Assembly (NCBI RefSeq): GCF_006345805.1
Contig: NW_021833078.1
Location: 1-64,000, forward strand
Length of the DNA: 64,000 nt
Direction of reading: 5' to 3'
Source of the DNA: Octopus sinensis
Lineage: Eukaryota
Below the pieces are notes generated by a model. It was not told the DNA's origin. It worked only from the letters and a program-made list of their open reading frames with translations, and searched no databases. Position 1 is the first letter of the stretch, and each line of letters starts with the position of its first letter. This document shows, piece by piece, positions 40,343 to 54,326 of the stretch. The position numbers and the translations under genes are program-made.

Positions 40343-41290
40343 TTTTTTTTTCTAGTTTCAGCTTGAAGCTGCGGCCATGCTGATGCACCGCCGTTTTGTG
40401 CTACACTGTTATTGCAACGAACCTCGTCTAATATGTCGCATTTGGTGAAGAATGGAGTTTGATTCAGCTACTCTCATTTGCACTTCTTGCCGTGAGGTAG
40501 GTTCGTCTGGGACACTTGACAGGAAGATGTCCAGCTTTGATTTAAAAACCGCTACATCTACTTTGTGCAAGTTCCTCAGACTCTTTGGGAGGATATTAAA
40601 AAGCTGTGGGCCCTTGAAACCCAGGCTGTTGCAGAAGCTGGTCCTGAAGCGTGATGGCATTGCTGGGATCTTTGGCACTATGCAGTGTCGTCCCGTTCTA
40701 GCATTGGTGTAGCTTACAATGCCAAAATTTAGCACAATTCCTTCCAAGATCTTCCAGACATATATTACTGCATACCTCTCCCGTCTTCTCTCCAGGGAGT
40801 AGAGTCTTAGCTTTTTCAACCTTTCCCAGTAGCTGAGCTGTTGCAAAGAGACGACCTTCTTTGTGAATCTTCTCTGGATTGCTTCAAGGTCTGCTGTTAA
40901 TTTTACACTGGTGGGTGACCATAGCTGTGAGCAGTAATCCAGGCGACTGAGGACGAATATCCACCAGAGGACCATCATGGGTTCCTTATTTCTGGTTCTG
41001 AATGTTCTTAGGATCCACCCAGCCAGTCGTCTGCACTTTGTTGCCATCGTGGTAATGTGCACTTGGAAAGAGGTATCATCACTCATGTCGATACCCAGGT
41101 CCCTCACAGACTTAGGCTCTGGGATTGAAATTCCCTGTGGACCGGTGTATCTTGTAAGTTTAATATTCAGTTTGGGATGCTGGTAGCGCAGGGCCTGGAA
41201 TTTTTCAGCATTAAACTGCATATTATTATCCTCAGCCCATCTGTAGATTGAGTCCAACTCCTGCTGCAGGTGTGCAACAGCGCTGGGGTT
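40343..41290 (-). mobile_element. CR1-like LINE 3' fragment
   Basis: ORF 40409-41257 RWAEDNNMQFNAEKF..SRLDYCSQLWSP; 3' cagcatggccgcagcttcaagctgaaac. Confidence 0.9.
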
Positions 41291-41444
41291 CTGTATTGGC
41301 TAAACTGGCAAAATGGCCAATCCGAAATATAACAATATCTGTTTCAACACACGACTTCACATAAAAAATCTTGCACAACAAATATATAAACGTATATATA
41401 TATGTATATACATATATATTATATATATATATTAATATATATAC

Positions 41445-41477
<33 letters not shown>

Positions 41478-41572
41478 CATATATACATATATACATATAT
41501 ACATATATATATACACATATATATACATATATATATGTACACATATATATATTTATATATATACATATATAC

Positions 41573-41610
<38 letters not shown>

Positions 41611-41631
41611 GTATATATATATATACATATA

Positions 41632-42877
41632 CAGGGTGTCCCCAAAAAATGTATGCACACTTTAAACAATTGTAAAGTTGTTGTTTATTAAAAGACACTT
41701 CATTTTCAAAATTTAATAGAATCTACAGACATTATTTTATTGTTTTGTCAATGCCTGTTTTCAAACTGATGTCCGGTCTGGTCCAGGCACTGCTGACAAC
41801 GCAAAGGAATGGAATCACAAATATCACAAAAGAATTTGTTTGTCATTTGTGTGCACTCTCGTCCAATGGCTGCTCTCAAATCAGCGATTTGTAGGTTTCA
41901 TAGCGTAGAATTTGTCTTTAAGGTATCCCCATAAAAAAAAGTCTAGTGGTGTGAGGTCTGGTGAGTTCAACCATACCTCTTCATCCAATCCACCTGTTAG
42001 CAAGATCTCATCAAGGAAGGATCTAACATAGCAATGGTAGTGTGGGGGTGCCCCATCTTTCTGAAAATAAAACTCCTCATCTTCAAAGTCTTTTCTAATG
42101 CTGGCATAACACACTGTTGCAACAAGTTCAAGTAAACGGGACCAGTCACAGTAGCATAACAAAAGAATGGTCCAATTAATCCTCTTGATGATAAACCACA
42201 CCACACAAATATCAAATTAACATGGTGTTTCACCATAACATCCAGATTCTCAGGACCCCAGTAGGTGCAATTGTGGCAGTTAATTGAACCATTTAATTTG
42301 AATGTGGCTTCATCACTCCACACAATCTTTGTTGGAAAGTGTGCAGCTTCTACACATCGTTCCAAGTACCACTCGCAATGCTGCACTCTTTCGTCTGTAT
42401 CATCATCATTAATAGCATGGACTAATCTTGGAATGTAACTTTTCCATTGACAATGCTTGAAAATGCATTGGACAGATGATTTTGGAATACCTACCTCATG
42501 ACTCGCTTTGCCGCACAGATTTTCTTGGACTTTGGTGATTCATTTGCAGTACTCCTTGCTTTATTGGGGGTGTTGATGTTCGGGGTTTTCTGGAATGCTT
42601 ATCGTGGACATTCTGAACAGTTCCATCAGCTTCAAACTTATCTCTAATTCAAGTGATAGGGAGTTGCATTGGTGGATCTGTTTGAAACTCCCTCCCCAAC
42701 TGTTTTTGCACTTCAACTGCATTTTCACACTTCCAGTATCATTTTAGAATGAATTTTCTTTGTTCAAAGCTTAATCTGACTGCCATCATTAAATCCTATA
42801 GGTTTCATCTGGAAAGAAAAAATATCAATTGAGTTATCAGCTGCTAAAGTGTGTATACATTTTTTTGGGACACCCTG
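41632..42877 (-). mobile_element. Tc1/mariner-superfamily DNA transposon (maT/DD37D-like), defective transposase
   Basis: TIRs cagggtgtccccaaaaaatgtat / atacattttttgggacaccctg with TA on both sides; [32 protein letters not shown]; ATG near 42789 with stops and frameshifts. Confidence 0.92.
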
Positions 42878-42898
42878 TATGTATATATAATATATAAT

Positions 42899-42931
<33 letters not shown>

Positions 42932-42933
<2 letters not shown>

Positions 42934-45870
42934 GCAATCAAGCCTTATGCATAGCACTCACAGAAACGCATCTGAAACCGGACATAGCAGATGCGGAATT
43001 ACACATACCACAGTATGTTGTACTACGGACCGACAGGAAAGAAAGGAGTCATGGAGGAGTTGCTATGTACATCCGTGGGGACCTCACACCCCAGGTCCTT
43101 TTGTCATACTCAAACTCGGTGTGTGACACACTAATTGTACACATAAGGCAACTTGATGTAGTTGTGTGTGCTACATATCGCCCTCCAGATGCCCCAAGTC
43201 ATATGGGCAAATTTGAGGACTGCCTTTTAAAAATAGAAGAAGTTCTAACCACATTAGAACAACACATAAGTGTACTTCTCATGGGAGACTTCAATCTACC
43301 GAATGTCAGATGGCCCGAGGGCCTTTCTCTCCCAGGAATGACAAGATGTGAACGAGGACAGGCGAGGTCCCTCCTGAACCTCACCAACACCCTGTACATG
43401 GAGCAAGTAATACTCCAACCAACCAGAGCAGGTAACACACTGGATCTCTGCTTCACAAATAAGATGGATCTCATCCATAATGTGAAAGTGACACCGACAC
43501 TACTCTCGGATCACAACATGGTAGAGCTGACCATGTACGGGCCAAAAGAGAGCACGGACATGCAGCCTACAAGAAACCCTCAGAATCTTTCCAGCTTGAA
43601 CTTCAATAAGGCAAACTGGAAACAAATTGAGAAAGAGATCCTCAAACAAAACTGGCCTGAATGTCTCTCCTCGCCGGACATCGACATGATACTCCAACAA
43701 TTCATGTCTGTAATGCAAGCCATATGCTACAAATGTGTCCCAGAGAGAAAGGCCACTGTACACAAGAACAAAATCCCCAGAGAGAGGAAAATTTTAATGA
43801 GACGGCGTACAAAAATTTCAAATCGCCTAAACAAACAAATTGAAAGCAGTGAAAAGTCCCGCCTGAAAATAAAACTGTTGGAAATTGAAAATTGTCTGCA
43901 ACTCTCCCATGAGAAGGAAAGAGCAGACAAAGAAGCCTGGCTATAGACAACATAAAAACTAACCCCAGAGCTTTCTACAGGTATGCCAAAGAAACAGCTA
44001 CGGTGCACTGTAGGATAGGGCCACTCCTTTAAAAGGATGGCACACTCACAGGAAAACCAATGAGGGTAAGTGAAATACTGAATGAACAATTCAAGAGTGT
44101 TTTCACTCCACCCCTTGGGCATTTCCAAATCACCAATCCAACTGACTTCTTTACCACTGCAGATATAGAATCAGAGGCGGAGACGATAAATTACATCGAT
44201 ATAAAGGAAGACGATGTAATAAAGGCTATAGATGAAATGAAAACAGACTCAGCTATTGGCCCCGATGGATTCCCGGCAATCCACCTAAAAGTATGTAAGA
44301 GAGTCTTAGCAAGACCACTGCAGTTCCTCTTTCAGAGCTTCCTTGCAGCTGGCAAACTTCCAAGAAAACTGAAGGAAGGTAAAATATGCCCTATTCATAA
44401 AGGAGGTAGCAGAGCGGAGGCCAAGAACTACAGACCTATCTCTCTGACCTCACACATCAGCAAGGTCATGGAACGAATAGTCAGAAGGAAACTAATCACC
44501 TTCCTTGAAGAAAATAACTTGCTGCCTGACACCAACATGTTTTCAGACCAGGAAGAAGCTGCTTAACTCAGCTCCTGCAGCACTATGACTGGGTGCTGAA
44601 ACAACTGCTCAACCACTCAAATGTGGAAGTCATATATCTCGACTTCGCGAAGGCCTTCGATAAAGTCGATCATGGAATGATATATCACAAACTGCGTGAT
44701 CTTGGCATAGTTGGAAAACTAGGAGAATGGCTTCACGACTTTCTGAAGAATAGAAGTCAGGTGGTAGTAGCCAATGGGGCCACTTCCATTAGCACGCAAA
44801 TAGTGAGCGGTGTTCCACAGGGCACTGTTTTGGGACCACTACTGTTCATAATGGCCCTCTCAGACATGCCCTCAGCCACGCGGAGAGCCACGATCACAAG
44901 TTATGCAGATGATACAAAAGTTTCACAGGCAATACAGAACCCTGAAGACACTAGGCACCTGCAATATGAGCTGGACGAAATATACAAGTGGGCTGAAAAG
45001 AATAGCATGCAGTTCAATGCTGAAAAGTTTCAAGCTTTATACTATCAGCATGCAAAACTGAATGCAATACCCAAGGAATACACTGGACCCGGAGGGATTG
45101 CAATCCCAGAGGCACAATCAGTGCGGGACCTGGGTATTCACATGAGTGATGACGCGACCTTTCATGTACATGTTGCTAAACTGACAATGAAATGCAGACG
45201 GCTGGCTGGATGGATTCTTAGAACCTTTAGAACAAGAGAACAAGAAACCATGATGGTCCTCTGGAAGACACTTGTCCTAAGCCACTTTGACTATTGCTCT
45301 CAGCTATGGTCACCATCCAGTGTCAAGTTGATCACAGAACTTGAGGCGATCCAACGAAGCTACACGAAGAAGATAGCCTTTATGCAGAATGTAAGCTACT
45401 GGGAAAGACTCAAGAGATTAAAATTATATTCCCTGGAGCGTAGGCTGGAAAGATATGCCATAATATACATCTGGAAGATCCTGGAGGGAAGTGTCCTGAA
45501 CTTTGGCATCGAGAGTTACGCAAATGCCAGAACTGGGCGCCACTGCGTGGTGCCTAGGACTCCAAACTTGCCATCAAGATGTAGGACAAAATTCTGTGAT
45601 AGCCTGGGCTTCCGAGGCCCACAGCTCTTCAATATCCTCCCGAAGAACCTGAGAGACCTGCATGGGGTGGATACAGATGTCTTTAAAATGGAGCTGGATC
45701 TCTTCCTGTCAGGTGGGGCAGATGAGGGCAGCTGCATCGAACTCTCTCATGCACCAAATAGCAGTTGCTAGAAATCCTCCATGAAGTGAAACCAAGTAGC
45801 AACACCAAATGGCGGTGCCCCAGCATGGCCACAGCTCATAAGCTGAAACTAGAATCAATCAATCAATCAA
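42932..45870 (+). mobile_element. CR1-like LINE ORF2 (EN to RT), 5'-truncated, frameshifted, (AATC)n tail
   Basis: LTETHLKPD, YRPPDA, GDFNLP, LSDHN; NYRPISLTSH, YLDFAKAFDKVDH, GVPQGTVLGP, YADDTK; 3' ggcggtgccccagcatggccacagctcataagctgaaac. Confidence 0.93.
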
Positions 45871-45901
45871 TATATATACATATATACATATATATAATAT
45901 A

Positions 45902-45987
<86 letters not shown>

Positions 45988-46025
45988 TATATATATACAC
46001 ATATATATTATATATACATATATAT

Positions 46026-46127
<102 letters not shown>

Positions 46128-46713
46128 AGAGATAGATATATATGTATTTATATGGCATGTAAATTTATTCATTGTATAGAATATTGACAGAGTAAAATAA
46201 AATTTATTTTGAAATGAACGATGAACAAAATTTTTTCGTGACTAATATAATAGATATAATGATTTCCAATTTAGGGAAAATCTAGAGCGTGTTTCATTTT
46301 CTTTGAGTGGAGAGTCACTTATAGAAGTGTTAAACTTGCCGTAACATGCCGCAGAATAAGCGATCGAAATGCTCATTGAACTTCATTTGATGACCTGTAG
46401 GAATGACATTTGTGTGCTATTTACCTGTTCAAATAACGGTCTTAAGCATGCGAGAAACAAAATAAACAAAATAAAGGCATTCAATAAAATTATAAAATAT
46501 AAAATATAAAAATCGTGGAAAAACCTTAAGTCGAAGAGCGGATTCAAAATACATATTGTTATTAATGATATATGAAATATAATTCGAGTAATACAATTAA
46601 TACATTAAAAATTTAAATATTTCACAATGGTATATACGCATACTAAATCATCAATACACATATATACATCAAAATACAGAGAGAGATGTACACAGACCAC
46701 ATACGTATGCACC

Positions 46714-46845
46714 TTATTACAATAGCTCATTCATGAATAGTGGAATCTCTGAGAAGATCCAGTATAACCAAATTAATGTTAGCAGTAATGCTTCAAGTAG
46801 AACTAGGATTAGGAAAGTTTTGTGGTTCAACCCAGCTTTCAATTT
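46714..46845 (+). mobile_element. Short Hydra-like PLE fragment (thumb to linker)
   Basis: Manual translation YYNSSFMNSGISEKIQY...RTRIRKVLWFNPAFN; compare FYNSALIKAGYTEKIFY in ORF 278-745 and the WFNPP linker motif. Confidence 0.65.
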
Positions 46846-46944
46846 ATACATACATACATATATATATATACATATATATATATACACACATACATATATA
46901 TATATATAATATATACATGTATATATGCACACATATATATATAC

Positions 46945-47473
46945 ATTGAAGCTCCCCAAAGGTCAATCACGAAAGAGATAGATGCCATGTCAGACCTTGA
47001 CTACTGGGGTCGACTAGAAAAGCTGAAACACTATTCATTCCAATGACCCCGTGAACATTACATTATTTCTATGATAGGGAAAATATTCCATCTGCACCGT
47101 CTAAATAATGTTGGCATCACCTTCAAAATATACCCAAGACTTGGACCCCGTGCCATCCGTCCCCATGAAAAATCTAAATAGTATTTCATAACTACAATAC
47201 GGCACAATTATTTCACCTCAACTGGCACTGCTCTCTTCAACATTACACCAGGACACGTCAAAACAAAAACAGACCACACAAAATTCAAGAAGTCTTTGGA
47301 CAAATTCCTCCAAGCAGTCCCAAACAAACCACTCACATCCGGATATGTCTCCGCAAAGAATAACTCTCTTCTCGAACGGACCTTGTTGCCCAAATCCTGA
47401 ATTGAAAGACTTCGCCATGTGGTGCTATTAAGTTAGACATGGCCTGGTCCAGTACTGACCAAAACCTTTCTAA
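46945..47473 (+). mobile_element. Decayed CR1-like LINE 3' fragment, close to 39044-39805
   Basis: aagctccccaaaggtcaatcac...catggcctggtccagtactgaccaaaac aligns to about 39264-39790. Confidence 0.88.
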
Positions 47474-47474
47474 T

Positions 47475-47589
<115 letters not shown>

Positions 47590-47889
47590 TATTATATATA
47601 CATATATACATATATATATACATATATATATATATACATGTATATACATATTTATACATATATATATAAATATCTATATATATATACATATATACATGCA
47701 TATATAAATGCATATACATACATATATATACAGGTATATATGTATGTATATATACATATACATATACCTGTAAATGTATACATATACATATATACACACA
47801 CACACATATATATATATATACATCTATATATATATATATATATATATATAACTAAATGTTATTTATTTAGTTATATATATATATATTTG

Positions 47890-48099
47890 TATGTCTGTTT
47901 ATCGCCCCAGCATCGCTTGAAAAAAGATGTTGGTGTGTTTCCATTCCCGTAAGTCACCGGTTCAGCAAAAGATACTGATAGAATAGGTGCTAGGCTTACA
48001 AAGAATAAGACCTGGTTTCGATTTGTACGACAAATGTGGTACTCCAGTATGGATGCAGTGAAATGACGGAATTTGACACAAGAATAAAAGAATAAAAAA

Positions 48100-48100
<1 letters not shown>
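47890..48100 (+). mobile_element. SINE family 1, 3' half
   Basis: cagcatcgcttga..ggttcagcaaaagatactgatagaatagg..ctccagtatgg..gaataaaagaataaaaa. Confidence 0.7.
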
Positions 48101-48145
<45 letters not shown>

Positions 48146-48431
48146 GTCTTTTTCATTATTAAATATGTTTCGTCATTTTCATTGATAATTTTACTCTAAC
48201 TTTTTAGACCACATCTTCACGAGTTTAATTTAATTTTAAGTTTAAAATTCAGTTAAATGCTATTTATCGACGAGATAAATAACGTTTTTTATTTAACAAT
48301 ATTATTTAACTTTTGAATTGTATTGTGTTTGATTATTATTATTATTATTGTTGTTAAAATAATAATTTATATATAAGTTCTTGATAATTATTAATTATGA
48401 AATGTATATCTATTTATTTACTATTTTTCTT

Positions 48432-48810
48432 TTACTCTTTTACTTGTTTCAGTCATTTGACTGTGGCCATGCTGGAGCACCGCCTTTGGTCAAGCAAATC
48501 GTCCCCAGGACTTATTCTTTGTAAGTCCAGTACTTATTCTATCGGTCTCTTTTGCCGAACCGCTAAGTTACGGGGACGTGAACACACCAGCATCGGTTGT
48601 CAAGCAATGCTTCGGGGACAAACACAGACACACAAACACATACACACACATACATATATATATATATACATATATACGACAGGCTTCTTTCAGTTTGGTC
48701 GACCCGAGGCTAGAGCAGAAGTCACTTGCCCAAGATGCCACGCAGTGGGACTGAACCCGAAACCATGTGGTTGGTTAGCAAGCTACTTACCACACAGCCA
48801 CTCCTGCGCC
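48432..48810 (-). mobile_element. SINE family 1, full length
   Basis: Head ggcgcaggagtggctgtgtggtaag..gggttcagtccc; tail ggcggtgctccagcatggccacagtcaaatgactgaaac. Confidence 0.88.
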
Positions 48811-49276
48811 ATTTATTATGTTTATTATTATTTTTATAATGTGATTTAATGTATTATATATAATTTAATTTGAGAAATAGTTTTGTAAGACAATATATTA
48901 TTAAATAGTTAGGTGGTCTATTTATTACGTAGTATTACATTTAAGTAAATATGTTAAATATCAATTGATATTTTGGTCAACTATATAAAAGAATAAAATA
49001 TTAAATCTATAAACATTACATATACATTAATAATATAGATAGTTTATATATAGGTGTGTATATATTTGAACCATTTTCTATTTTTAATTCTAATATTTTT
49101 AGCTTGTACTAGCATTCTGTATATTACTTAACATGAAGTTTTTTTGTATACATTACGTAATGAGAATAAAATTTTATTTAGATATTTATTAAATTAATTA
49201 ATTAATTAATTAATAATTTTATTTATAATATATCGACAAAATTGTAGTATTTACTTTTCACTTAATGCATATTTTG

Positions 49277-49323
<47 letters not shown>

Positions 49324-49493
49324 ATATATATTATATATATATATATTTGTTTTCAATAACTTAATTAATTGTATTTTATTTTCTAGTAATGATATATTAT
49401 AGTTTATTAGATAAACTATAAATTTATTAATAATTTAACTTATTGTATATCGATCAAATTATAGTGTTTAGTTTTCATTTAATGTGCATGATG

Positions 49494-49535
<42 letters not shown>

Positions 49536-49548
49536 ATGTATATATATG

Positions 49549-49580
<32 letters not shown>

Positions 49581-49596
49581 TGTATATATATGTATA

Positions 49597-49699
<103 letters not shown>

Positions 49700-50254
49700 T
49701 ATATATGTATATATATATATGTATGTATGTATGTATATATATTTGTTTTAAATAATTTAATTGATTGTAATTTATTTTCTAGTAAAGATATATTATAGAT
49801 TATTCTTTTCTTGAATATGTTAAAATTTTATTTTTATAGATATAATAAATATCTATACCAATTTATTCTATTTTTTACTTACACAAGAATATATTTCTTA
49901 AGATATTTCGTATTTTACAAGATTATATACGTATATTTATTAATTTATCTAATTAATTAATTTATCTTTAACGTGAAGAGTGACTATATTTATATTGAAT
50001 TAATTTTACTGTTATCATTTCTTAAATAAATCCACGGAACACGTGTAGTTTTTCTACCAAATATATACTTTTTAATTATAACTATTATTTTTATTTTGCA
50101 CTTTACGTAATCATTTGTATATGCTTTATATTTTATTTAATCTTTCTATCAGATGTAATCTTTTTCTAAATGGTATAATTTAATTTTTTCATTATTAAAT
50201 TGATAAAAGGTGTTTTTTCTAATTTATATATACATATATATATATATTATATAT

Positions 50255-50303
<49 letters not shown>

Positions 50304-50385
50304 TATATATACATATTGTGAAATTTGATTTAGTATTTCTAAATTGAATTTTTCCCTGTAAGTTTGAAATAATATTCCCTCATAA

Positions 50386-50462
<77 letters not shown>

Positions 50463-50806
50463 CATAATTAGTATATATGTACACACACATACATGCACAC
50501 ATTTATTAATATAATATATAGGAGGTATTGGTATCCAGAAACGAAGATGGCTGCTAAGGCTACGTAAGTGCTACGGGAGGACTGTAGTGCTTGTGAGAAC
50601 TCTCGGTTCGATAATGATACGAGTAAGGTGTCCAATACAGGTCTTGTGTAAGCATGCATATGTTAAATAAAATGAGACAAGTAAACCAAGTTTGTGTGGA
50701 ATTTATAGTGCTTCTATATATTACATGTATAGTGCATGTCTTAATTATCCACAATCTTATGTAAGGAATCAATATCGTGTTAGAAATCGTTATTAAACAA
50801 CGTTAT

Positions 50807-50917
50807 CATATATTTATATGAAGACGAAAAACGTTTATAATTATATAATTATATAATTTTAATGTAAAATTATATAATTATATAATTATAAACATTTTTC
50901 GTCTTCATATATATATG
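50807..50917. repeat. Fold-back palindrome, about 54-bp arms, 3-nt loop
   Basis: catatatttatatgaagacgaaaaacgtttataattatataattatataatttta / atg / taaaattatataattatataattataaacatttttcgtcttcatatatatatg. Confidence 0.92.
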
Positions 50918-51149
50918 TTGCTGTTACTTTGACGTACGACACTCACCTTTTGGTACTGGTGATGTAGACGTTGTTGTTGGTGGAGTTACTCCTGTTGTTG
51001 GCCAATGAAAAAGGGATCACAATTGCGGTGCCCTAGCATAGCCGCAGCCTCAATGCTAAAGCATATAAAAGAATATATAAGTTCAGCAAAATTTAGAGTC
51101 AGATGAATATGGTACTTAAGTTAAAGACACCAGAATTATAAGGATAATA

Positions 51150-51215
<66 letters not shown>

Positions 51216-51262
51216 AAACAAGTCAAAAATAGAAAATGCTAAAATAATTTTATAGTGAACAT

Positions 51263-51304
51263 TTCAGTACCGGTTTCGGTCATTTTGAGACCTTTTCAAC
51301 CGTA
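51263..51304 (-). ncRNA. Minimal hammerhead with U3-A8 compensatory core
   Basis: Minus strand: tacgg-TTGAAAA-GGTC(tcaaaat)GACC-GAAA-CCGG-TA-ctgaa; palindromic stem III, GUA triplet. Confidence 0.7.
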
Positions 51305-51544
51305 ACGATTAAATAATTAATTTAGAAAAATTAGAAGAAAAGTTTTTTTAAAAGAATATTTCTATAGTAGTGTTCAGATTAAGTGGCATTCTGCCTTTCT
51401 CTGACTCCCATGTTTGCACTTGTGTGTCGGAGGTCGTTGTGAGTTCTTGGAAGGGTAGTAGAGGAAGAAGGCTGGTGGGGAAAGGGGGATGGGAGAATCT
51501 GGGAGTGCCCTGATGGTCGTATTTTGAATATATATATATATATA

Positions 51545-52260
51545 TAGAGGGAAACCACTATGTGGACACCTTTATGCACAAGGTGTCCACATAGTGGTTC
51601 CCTCTAAAATGTATATAATACAATTTTACTGAACCTTCATTTTTTTTATATGCTTGACCACAGGTGTGAAATCGATGTTAATTAAATTAATATCTAATTT
51701 CTCACTCTCATTTTAAATTTAGATTTAAATTAATGCGTCCTTTAACCGGCAAGGGCCACTGCAGTAAAGTATTATCTGCAGCATCAATTTTTCTGATAAT
51801 TTAGGGCGCCAAAACGAGGATATTTGAAGTAGTAAATGCGAGCGTAATGAGTAGAACTGTTTACAGATCTGACTTTGTTCGGACGTCCTAGTATGCAGTC
51901 CTGCAAATTATATTCATCTGGACGGTCGCACCGATGATCTATGGACATTTATGTAAGTAATATTACGTAATATGTAAATAGTGACACATGTGTGCGAATA
52001 ATCCATATTTTTGTTGCTTTTTCTTTTGTCCAGCTTGATTACGTTTTGGTTGTTTTGCTAAATTTTTCTTGAGAACATTTCTTAGTAATAAGACGTGTGC
52101 GGATCTATTTCTACCATAAGTGTGTCCACATACCGGTTTCCCTCTAATATGTTTATAATACAATTTTGCTGAACCTTCAGTTTTTTCTTATATGCTAAAC
52201 CACTAGTGTGAAATCGATGTTAATTAAATTAATATCTAATTTCTCACCCTCATTTTAAAT
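51545..52260 (+). mobile_element. Non-coding (TA)n-flanked element: 5' 28-bp fold-back, ~138-bp direct repeats (51583-51718, 52122-52260), decayed HHR-like motif at 51926-51997
   Basis: Hairpin tagagggaaaccactatgtggacacctt / aaggtgtccacatagtggttccctcta; direct repeats read directly; tcgca-CCGATGA-long stem-GACA-CATG-TG-tgcga. Confidence 0.6.
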
Positions 52261-52281
52261 ATATATATATATATATATATA

Positions 52282-52408
<127 letters not shown>

Positions 52409-54110
52409 TAAAGGAAAATAAGACAACGTAAAAATACTAAAATAATTTCGTCATGAAGAAAAATTTAGTAGCAACTTCAGTCTTTGCGACTTTTTCAACT
52501 TAGAGTAAAGCATGAAAATCATTTAAATTGTGAAAGAATTAAATGAAATATTTTTTTTTAATATTTCCATAGTTTTCAAATGGAAGTAGGGTACTAGAAA
52601 AATACGGCAAACTATTCTCCCTCTACATAGAAAATAACTGGAACAGGTATCTGGATTACTGCTTCATTCATTGGCATGAAAGTACAGAGGGACTTAAAGA
52701 ATTTCAAACACTTATATATGAACCTGACATAAACATGTAATTAAGATGGAATATAGCCATCAACAATTTCCATTCCTCGACATCCTCATTAAGAAATCCA
52801 ACAACAAAATAGAAACAGGTATATATTATATGCCCACGGACTCCAAGCAATATCTACCGCAATAACTCAGACATCCGAAACTAAAGAAGGATTTACAACC
52901 AAAGGCCCTACCATAAATCACCACACACAACCCCCTTAACAATGATGCTTTCGACACCATCCTCCAGTACATTCTCCTACTAAAAATGAACACAATGAAT
53001 TTATTCCTCCAAACGCCCACCGTCATAAAGAGTAAAAGACAACCTAATCAATAAAAAGTCTCCTAAAGCAAACCCAAGTACACTTGACAACAACACTGAA
53101 GACAAGTGTAAATAAAATGCGGTTGACATAACTGGGGTATGTGCGTCAACCTAATTGAGGGATAGGCGTTCTCTCTCAAACAGGGTCAACGTTTTACATT
53201 GAAAAACAACTTCACATGTGCTTCGAAAAACCTAATATAAGTATTAAATTGCTCAGGATGCCGAGAGCAATACATAGGCCAAATCGAAAACAATCTACAT
53301 CAATCGATGACTCTACATAGATCCCAGATTAAAATTCGGGAATACAGAAAAATTGCATACATCGAACACATCGACATTAGCGCTACTAGCAAACAACGCA
53401 AATTCAGAATTTTCCCCCTCTATCAATTCATGGACGATGCAACCTATAATCACCACCGCATTAGCATTAGCATTATCACAAAATATAAACCCCTTTTGAA
53501 TGCGTCCACCACAAATGAGACTACTATAAGGGCTTTAGAATAATACCCACACAAATATTAAAAACAATATATTCATGAATTTACCCATGAATTATTCAGA
53601 ACAATTCCAGTTACTACTTTTATAACCACAACAGGTCACTTTTAGGTCACTAAGAAAATTCCACCAACAACCTACTACTGCCATACTTTCGTATTTTTCT
53701 TATTTTTCTCTTCTTTTCCTACACCTTCTTCTTATTATTATTATTCCATCATCATCATCATCATCTTCTTCTTCTTCTTCTTCTTCTTCTTCTTCTTCTT
53801 CTTCTTCTTCTACTACTTCTTTTACTTCTTCTTCTTCTACTTCTTCTCTTCGCCATCTTCTTTTTTTATCTTCTGCTTCTCCTCCGCCTCCTTCCTCGGC
53901 TATTGCTGCTTAAACAATCAAACCCAAGAACTCACATCCCTCATATAAAATATTCCTTTAGGACTGCTACTACCTACTACCTACCACCAAGCCTTCACAA
54001 GATTACTAAAATGTACCAACATTTTCTTCATGATAAAATTATTTTAGCATTTTCTACCTTGATTTATTTTCTTTATAAATACCGACTAGTGTGCCTTTTC
54101 AACCTTCTAC
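52409..54110 (+). mobile_element. 5'-truncated Neptune-type PLE with inverted left pseudo-LTR (about 52409-52500, minus) and right pseudo-LTR remnant (about 54000-54075)
   Basis: WNRYLDYCFIHW, FPFLDILIKK..IETGIYYMPTDSKQYL; FTCASKNLI*VLNCSGCREQYIGQ..TLHRSQI..FRIFPLYQ..KYKPLLN; shared ttcttcatga..aaattattttag motif in inverted orientation; internal (CTT)n at 53745-53900. Confidence 0.75.
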
Positions 54111-54113
54111 ACG

Positions 54114-54189
<76 letters not shown>

Positions 54190-54210
54190 TTAAATATATA
54201 TACATATATA

Positions 54211-54269
<59 letters not shown>

Positions 54270-54326
54270 AGGGACGATGCAACCTATAATCACCGCATTA
54301 GCAAAGCCTCATATTTTATCACAAAA

